DNA from: Thermoanaerobaculia bacterium
Lineage (GTDB): Bacteria; Acidobacteriota; Thermoanaerobaculia; Multivoradales; Multivoraceae
Direction of reading: 5' to 3'
DNA length: 64,000 nt
Assembly: GCA_022823665.1 (NCBI GenBank)
Contig: JAJEHN010000037.1
Location: 23,531 to 87,530, forward strand
Positions 59,263-64,000 of this stretch are shown here, one piece after another. The position numbers were made by a program, and so were the translations under genes. Numbering within the stretch: the stretch's first letter is position 1; every line of letters starts with the position of its first letter. Under the pieces are notes generated by a model. That model was not told where the DNA came from, did not search any database, and worked only from the letters and a program-made list of their open reading frames with translations.

Positions 59263-60237
59263 TCAGATCCAGTCGCGACGGACCAGGAAGTCGGAGGCGA
59301 GGCGGGCTTCGGGAGTTCCGGGTTCGGGGGCGTAGTCGTAGCGCCAGGCCGCCAGCGGTGGCAGGGAAGCGAGGATGGACTCGGTGCGGGCCCTCGCCTG
59401 CAGTCCGTAGCGCGTGCCGCGGTCGTACACCAGGTTGAACTCCACGTAGCGCCCTCTGCGGTAGAGCTGGAAACAGCGCTCCCGCTCGCCGTATTGCAGG
59501 TCTTTCCGGCGTTCGAGGATGGGCAGGTAGGCGGGCAGGAAGTGATCGCCGATGCTGCGCGCGAAGGCGTAGCAGCGTCCGAACGGGTCGAGCCCGGAGG
59601 GCTGTTCGAGGCGGTTCAGGTCGTCGAAGAAGAGGCCGCCGACGCCGCGCATCTCCTGGCGGTGGGGAAGGTAGAAGTAGTCGTCGCAGGCGGCCTTGTA
59701 GCGGCTGTAGAGACCGTCGCCGAACGGCGCGCAGGCCTCGGCCGCCGTCCGGTGCCAGTGAACCGCGTCCTCCTCGAAGCCGTAGTACGGGGTCAGGTCG
59801 AAGCCGCCGCCGAACCACCAGCCTTCTTCCTCTTCGTCGCCCGTTTCTTCTGGCGAACGGCCTTCCGGCGAATGGGCGATGAAGAAGCGGATGTTCGCGT
59901 GGCTGGTCGGGGCGTAGGGGTTGCGCGGATGGACGATCAGGGAGATCGAGGTCGCCTCGAAGCTCCGGCCCGCGAGCTCCGGCCGCCGTTCGGTCGCCGC
60001 CAGCGGCAGCGAGTCGCCCCGGGAGTGGCTGAAGTTCACCGCCGCCTTTTCGATCACTTCGCCGTCGGTGAGCACCCGCGGCCGGGCGACGCCACGACGC
60101 TCGCCGCGCAACTCGCGGGCGTCGAAGGCGCCGCCATCGACCTCGACCAGGGCGTCGCAGATGCGGTCCTGGAGCTCCCGGAAGTAGGTGGCGACGGTTT
60201 CGGCGCTCGGCTGCCCCGCCGGCGGCTGGGACGTCAC
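59263..60237 (-). CDS. hemF: Oxygen-dependent coproporphyrinogen III oxidase
   Basis: EKAAVNFS, S...[49 protein letters not shown]; GTG start by GTGA overlap. Confidence 0.95.
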   Translation of the reverse strand: MTSQPPAGQPSAETVATYFRELQDRICDALVEVDGGAFDARELRGERRGVARPRVLTDGEVIEKAAVNFSHSRGDSLPLAATERRPELAGRSFEATSISLIVHPRNPYAPTSHANIRFFIAHSPEGRSPEETGDEEEEGWWFGGGFDLTPYYGFEEDAVHWHRTAAEACAPFGDGLYSRYKAACDDYFYLPHRQEMRGVGGLFFDDLNRLEQPSGLDPFGRCYAFARSIGDHFLPAYLPILERRKDLQYGERERCFQLYRRGRYVEFNLVYDRGTRYGLQARARTESILASLPPLAAWRYDYAPEPGTPEARLASDFLVRRDWI

Positions 60238-61532
60238 GGCGCCGGGATCTCCGCCAGCGCTTCGCCGACCGCGCCGGCGAAGCCGGCAAGCGCGTCTTCG
60301 TCGTGGGCGAGCGACAGGAAGCCGACCTCGAACGCGGACGGGGCGAGCATGTAGCCGCGGTCGAGCAGCCCGCGGTGGAGCAGGCCGAAGACCTCGGCCG
60401 TGTTCGGGTGGAAGCGGTCGGCCCGCCGCGGCGGTTCGCCGTCGCCGTAGGCGAGCCAGAAGATCGACCCGCAGCGGACGAGCCGGTAGGGGTGGCCGCT
60501 CGCTTCCAGGACGGGGCCGAGCCCGGCTTCGAGCAGCGCCCCCTGGTCTTCCATCCGCTTCCATCCATCGCCGGCCGCGAGTTCGCGCAGGGTGGCGAGC
60601 CCGCCGGCGACGGCGAGCGGGTTCCCGGACAACGTGCCCGCCTGGTAGACGGGGCCGAGCGGGGAAAGCCGGTCCATGAGCCGCGCCGGACCGCCGTACG
60701 CGCCGACCGGCAATCCGCCGCCGATCACCTTGCCGAGGGTGACCAGATCGGGCTCGATGCCGAGCTGAGCGCCGACGGTGACTCCGGGGACCCGGAAGCC
60801 GCTCAGCACCTCGTCGAAGATCAGCAGTGCGCCGTGCTCGCTGCATAAGCGGCGCAGGAGTCGCAGGTAGTTCGGCCGCTGCACCAGCAGGCCGTTGTTC
60901 GCCGGCAGCGGCTCGACGATCGCGGCCGCGAGCTTCGCGCCATGACGCCGGAACGCCTCTTCCAGGGCCTCCTCGTCGTCGAGCGGCAGGACGATCGTGT
61001 CGCGCGCGGTCGCCGCCGGGATGCCGGCGCTCGAGGCGATCCCGAAGGTAGCGAGACCGCTTCCGGCTTCGACCAGCAGGGCGTCGACGTGGCCGTGGTA
61101 GCAGCCCTCGAACTTGAGCACCAGGTCGCGGCCGGTACATCCGCGGGCGAGCCGGACCGCCGACTGGGTCGCCTCGGTGCCGGAGTTGACGAACCGGATC
61201 TTCTCGATGACCGGCACGAGTTCCTTGACCATCCGCGCCAGTTCGACCTCGCCCTCGTGGGGTGCGGCGAACGAAGTGCCGCGCGCTGCCGCCTCGCGCA
61301 CCGCCTCGACCACGGCCGGGTGGCTGTGCCCAAGCACCAGGGGCCCGAAGGAGCCGACGAAGTCGACATAGCTCCTGCCGTCGACCGAGCGCATGACCGC
61401 CCCTTCGGCCTCGCCGATGAAGGGCGGCGTGCCGCCGACCGCGCGGTATGCCCGCACCGGGCTGTTCACGCCTCCGACCAGGTGGCGCTGCGCCTCCGTC
61501 CAGAGGTCTTCACTGCTTCGTCCGGCGCTCAT
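60234..61532 (-). CDS. hemL: Glutamate-1-semialdehyde 2,1-aminomutase
   Basis: [52 protein letters not shown]. Confidence 0.96.
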   Translation of the reverse strand: MSAGRSSEDLWTEAQRHLVGGVNSPVRAYRAVGGTPPFIGEAEGAVMRSVDGRSYVDFVGSFGPLVLGHSHPAVVEAVREAAARGTSFAAPHEGEVELARMVKELVPVIEKIRFVNSGTEATQSAVRLARGCTGRDLVLKFEGCYHGHVDALLVEAGSGLATFGIASSAGIPAATARDTIVLPLDDEEALEEAFRRHGAKLAAAIVEPLPANNGLLVQRPNYLRLLRRLCSEHGALLIFDEVLSGFRVPGVTVGAQLGIEPDLVTLGKVIGGGLPVGAYGGPARLMDRLSPLGPVYQAGTLSGNPLAVAGGLATLRELAAGDGWKRMEDQGALLEAGLGPVLEASGHPYRLVRCGSIFWLAYGDGEPPRRADRFHPNTAEVFGLLHRGLLDRGYMLAPSAFEVGFLSLAHDEDALAGFAGAVGEALAEIPAP

Positions 61533-63392
61533 TCAGTCCCCCTTGGGGTCGGCGCCCACTTCGTCTAGCCACAGGCGTTCGATGCCGGCGGCGGTCGGTT
61601 CCTGTGCGCACTTCACGTTGCCGGCTCCGGCGCTTCGGAGCGCCGCGGCTGTGGCGGCTCCGATCGCCCAGCAGCTTCCCGGCCAGTCCGGGCCGGACGC
61701 TGCGAAGGCGGAAACCGCCGATGGAGCGGTGAAGAGTACGCGGGCGCGGGCCGCTTGCCAACCTTGCGGCCAGTCGAGCTCGTCGTTCGGATGCACGGTG
61801 TAGGCCGGCCAGGCCGTGACCTGGCGGCCCGCCGCCTGGAGCGCCTCGACGAGTGGCGCTCCGCCGCGGGCGGAATGCGGCACGAACAATGGGCAACGCG
61901 GGTCGAGCACCCGAGCCGCGTAGCGGGCGAACTCCTCGCCGCCGGAGGCCCGCGCGGCCAGGTTCGGCGGCACGCCGGCCGCGAGCAGCGCGCGCGCCGT
62001 GCCCTCGCCCAGCGCGCACCACGGCAGCCGGCCCCAGACCGGCTCGCGCGCGGCTCGCTCCGCCACGACGCGCGCGGCGTTCGGCGACGAGACGAGCAGC
62101 CACGGCCACTGGCGTCGCGGGCGGCTCAGGTCGATGCGGTCCGCCGGCCAGGGGGTATCGAAGACCTGGACGGTGGTCGCCGGCAGGGCCGCGACCCGGA
62201 CGGCCGGGTCGAGCCGCCTGGTCAGCCGACGGACAGTCTCTGGACCGGAAGTCACGATCAGGTCCGGCGTCTCCGCACTGGGTGCGCGGGTCTTCTGACC
62301 CGCAGAGAACAGCGCGCCGGCCGTCAGGCCGGCACCGAACTCCGCCAATCCCCGCTCGACCCGCCCGGCCAGGGCGTCGAGCTCGACCGCGCCGTCCGCT
62401 GCTGAAGCCGCTGCACCGACGGCACCCGGTGCCTCCCCGACCGAGGCAGGTTCCCGCCAGTCGTCGGCCGCGATCAGGGCGTGGACCTCGTGCAGTACCG
62501 GCCCTTCGAGGCCGGCGGCGCCCGCGTCCGCCCAGGCCCCAAAGGGCCGCAGACAACCGCCGCCAAGCCGGCCAAGCAGGGAGCGCTCCGCGAAGGCCGC
62601 GGCGCGGCTCGGAGGGTGGTCGAGCGCCGCCATCGCCGCGTGTCCGTCGAGCCGGCCGCCAAGCAGGATCTGGACCGCCAGGGCGCCCTGACCGGGCGCG
62701 CAGGGCCAGGAGCGAAGGTCCAGCCGGAAACCCCGGATAGCGGCGGTTGCAGCGTCGAGCTCGCCACTTCGTGCCAGGCGCAGGACGCCCGCCTCCGCCG
62801 CCAGCAGGGCCTCGATCGCGCCGCTCCGAAGCCACTCCAGCCGTCGCCCCACCGAGCCGCGGACGGCGCAGCAGACGAGGTCCGGCCGCAGAGCCAGCGC
62901 GCCGGCCTGCCGGCGGGGAGACGATGTGCCCAGGCGGGCGCCCGCGGGCAGCGACGCGAACGCTTCGCCAGCGGGTCTGGCGCGGGCCTCCAGGGCGTCG
63001 TCTGCGTGATCGAGCAGTGTCGCGAGTTCCGTCGCCCCGTCACAGGCTTCTGCTTCTCCGGCGGTTGTCAGATCCGGCGCGAACAGCAACAGATCGAACG
63101 GCCGCTCCCGCTCCGGCACCGCCGCGATCACCAGGTCGGGCTCGTCCTCGACCGGCAGGTCCTTCAGCGAGTGGACGACCAGGTCCACGGAGCCGTCGCG
63201 CAGGGCCGCGGTCAGTTCGCCCGTGAACACGCCCTTGGCCTGGGCGAAGCTGCCTCCGAGGCTGCGGTCTCCCTGGGAGGACATGGCTCGAACCGCCGTG
63301 TCCACGCCGAGTTCGCCGAGCCGCCGGGCGACCAGGTCGGCCTGAATCCGCGCCAGTGGCGTCGCCCTGGTGCCGATGACGATCGGGGCCAT
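61533..63392 (-). CDS. hemCD: Hydroxymethylbilane synthase fused to uroporphyrinogen-III synthase
   Basis: IGTR..LA..Q, KGVFT, VHSLKD.P, GTSS.RR, GGGC..P.G; C-terminal HemD-like SSPNA, W.AY, FTAPSAV, AIG..TA..L. Confidence 0.88.
   Translation of the reverse strand: MAPIVIGTRATPLARIQADLVARRLGELGVDTAVRAMSSQGDRSLGGSFAQAKGVFTGELTAALRDGSVDLVVHSLKDLPVEDEPDLVIAAVPERERPFDLLLFAPDLTTAGEAEACDGATELATLLDHADDALEARARPAGEAFASLPAGARLGTSSPRRQAGALALRPDLVCCAVRGSVGRRLEWLRSGAIEALLAAEAGVLRLARSGELDAATAAIRGFRLDLRSWPCAPGQGALAVQILLGGRLDGHAAMAALDHPPSRAAAFAERSLLGRLGGGCLRPFGAWADAGAAGLEGPVLHEVHALIAADDWREPASVGEAPGAVGAAASAADGAVELDALAGRVERGLAEFGAGLTAGALFSAGQKTRAPSAETPDLIVTSGPETVRRLTRRLDPAVRVAALPATTVQVFDTPWPADRIDLSRPRRQWPWLLVSSPNAARVVAERAAREPVWGRLPWCALGEGTARALLAAGVPPNLAARASGGEEFARYAARVLDPRCPLFVPHSARGGAPLVEALQAAGRQVTAWPAYTVHPNDELDWPQGWQAARARVLFTAPSAVSAFAASGPDWPGSCWAIGAATAAALRSAGAGNVKCAQEPTAAGIERLWLDEVGADPKGD
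62276..62303 (+). repeat. REP-like palindrome inside hemCD at the domain junction
   Basis: CACTGGGTGCGCGGGTCTTCTGACCCGC, 27/28 identical to 30828-30855 and 27/28 to the reverse complement of 1893-1920. Confidence 0.9.
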
Positions 63393-63502
63393 CGAACGGG
63401 GATTCTACGGAGCTTCCGTTCGGCGTGCTGGCCTGGAACGCTGGCATAGAGTCGACGCCGGTCTCGCTGTCAGCCGCCTGGAACCGACTGGGAGGACTCG
63501 CC

Positions 63503-64000
63503 GTGCCGCTGATTCCGCTTCGAACCCGACTTCGCCCCTTCTGCCTGCTCCTGGCCGCTACCGTGGCCGTCCTGCTTGCCGGCTGTGCCGGCGAAGCGCG
63601 TCCGACGGCGACCGAGTTCACGGCGGCTGCCGAGGAGACGCTCATGGAGCACTACTACGACGGCAGCCGCGCGGCCTGGGTGCAGTCGACGTACATCAAC
63701 GAGGACACGACCGCCCTGGCGGCCCGTGCCGGAGCGGAGGCGCTGACCCGCGCGATCGACTTCGCGCAGGAGGCGGCGACCTACGACGCGGCGTCGGAGG
63801 CGGACGAGGTGGCGCGCAAGCTCGGCCTGCTGCGGGGCGGACTGACCGTGGCCGCGCCAGCCGACGAGGCGAAGATCGAGGAACTGAGCCAGATCACGAG
63901 CAGGATGGAAGCGGCCTACGGCACGGGCAGCCACTGTCCGAACGGGCCGGAATCCTGCCGTTCGCTCGACGATCTGGAGGACGTGATCGACAACAGCCGG
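63503..64000 (+). CDS. M2 family (ACE-like) peptidyl-dipeptidase lipoprotein, 3'-partial
   Basis: GGAGG SD, GTG start, LLAGC lipobox, AAWVQSTYINEDT, RKL.LL....APAD, MEAAYG.G..C. Confidence 0.8.
   Translation, partial: MPLIPLRTRLRPFCLLLAATVAVLLAGCAGEARPTATEFTAAAEETLMEHYYDGSRAAWVQSTYINEDTTALAARAGAEALTRAIDFAQEAATYDAASEADEVARKLGLLRGGLTVAAPADEAKIEELSQITSRMEAAYGTGSHCPNGPESCRSLDDLEDVIDNSR

Overview
GC-rich bacterial window, probably Acidobacteriota (inferred from two tandem Acidobacteria-type VWA proteins, the PQQ-propeller and the ECF/FecR gene style); the organism cannot be confirmed from sequence alone. Contents in order: (1) a 15.7 kb, 17-gene aroDE-hisZGDCBHAF(IE)-trpEGDCFBA super-operon in which every junction overlaps; (2) secreted and VWA proteins, an EamA transporter, and an ECF sigma/large anti-sigma/ABC exporter unit; (3) an accessory stretch with arfB, a PQQ-propeller, a DUF885-like protein, an orphan antitoxin, a PD-(D/E)XK-like protein, a beta-barrel, a hydrolase, a methyltransferase and GPP34; (4) GH15-otsB divergent from otsA, then a TAT-less reductive dehalogenase-like gene and msrP; (5) ampG, pspC, glcDE, a DUF4143 ATPase and an aldehyde dehydrogenase; (6) a haem cluster hemCD-hemL-hemF-hemH-hemA-hemE-hemY and the start of an M2 peptidase. 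The best new signal is not in the ORF track: a 34-codon leader peptide (662-766) ending W-W-A-H-G-H, followed by a perfect 13-bp hairpin that buries the first Shine-Dalgarno. This looks like one attenuator sensing both Trp and His for the merged his+trp operon. A REP-like palindrome family recurs at least 8 times, including in-frame inside aroE, at the HemC-HemD fusion linker and in the HemH tail. Many genes have a TAnnnT box 6-9 nt before ATG, suggesting leaderless transcripts. No rRNA, tRNA, CRISPR array or transposase was seen.
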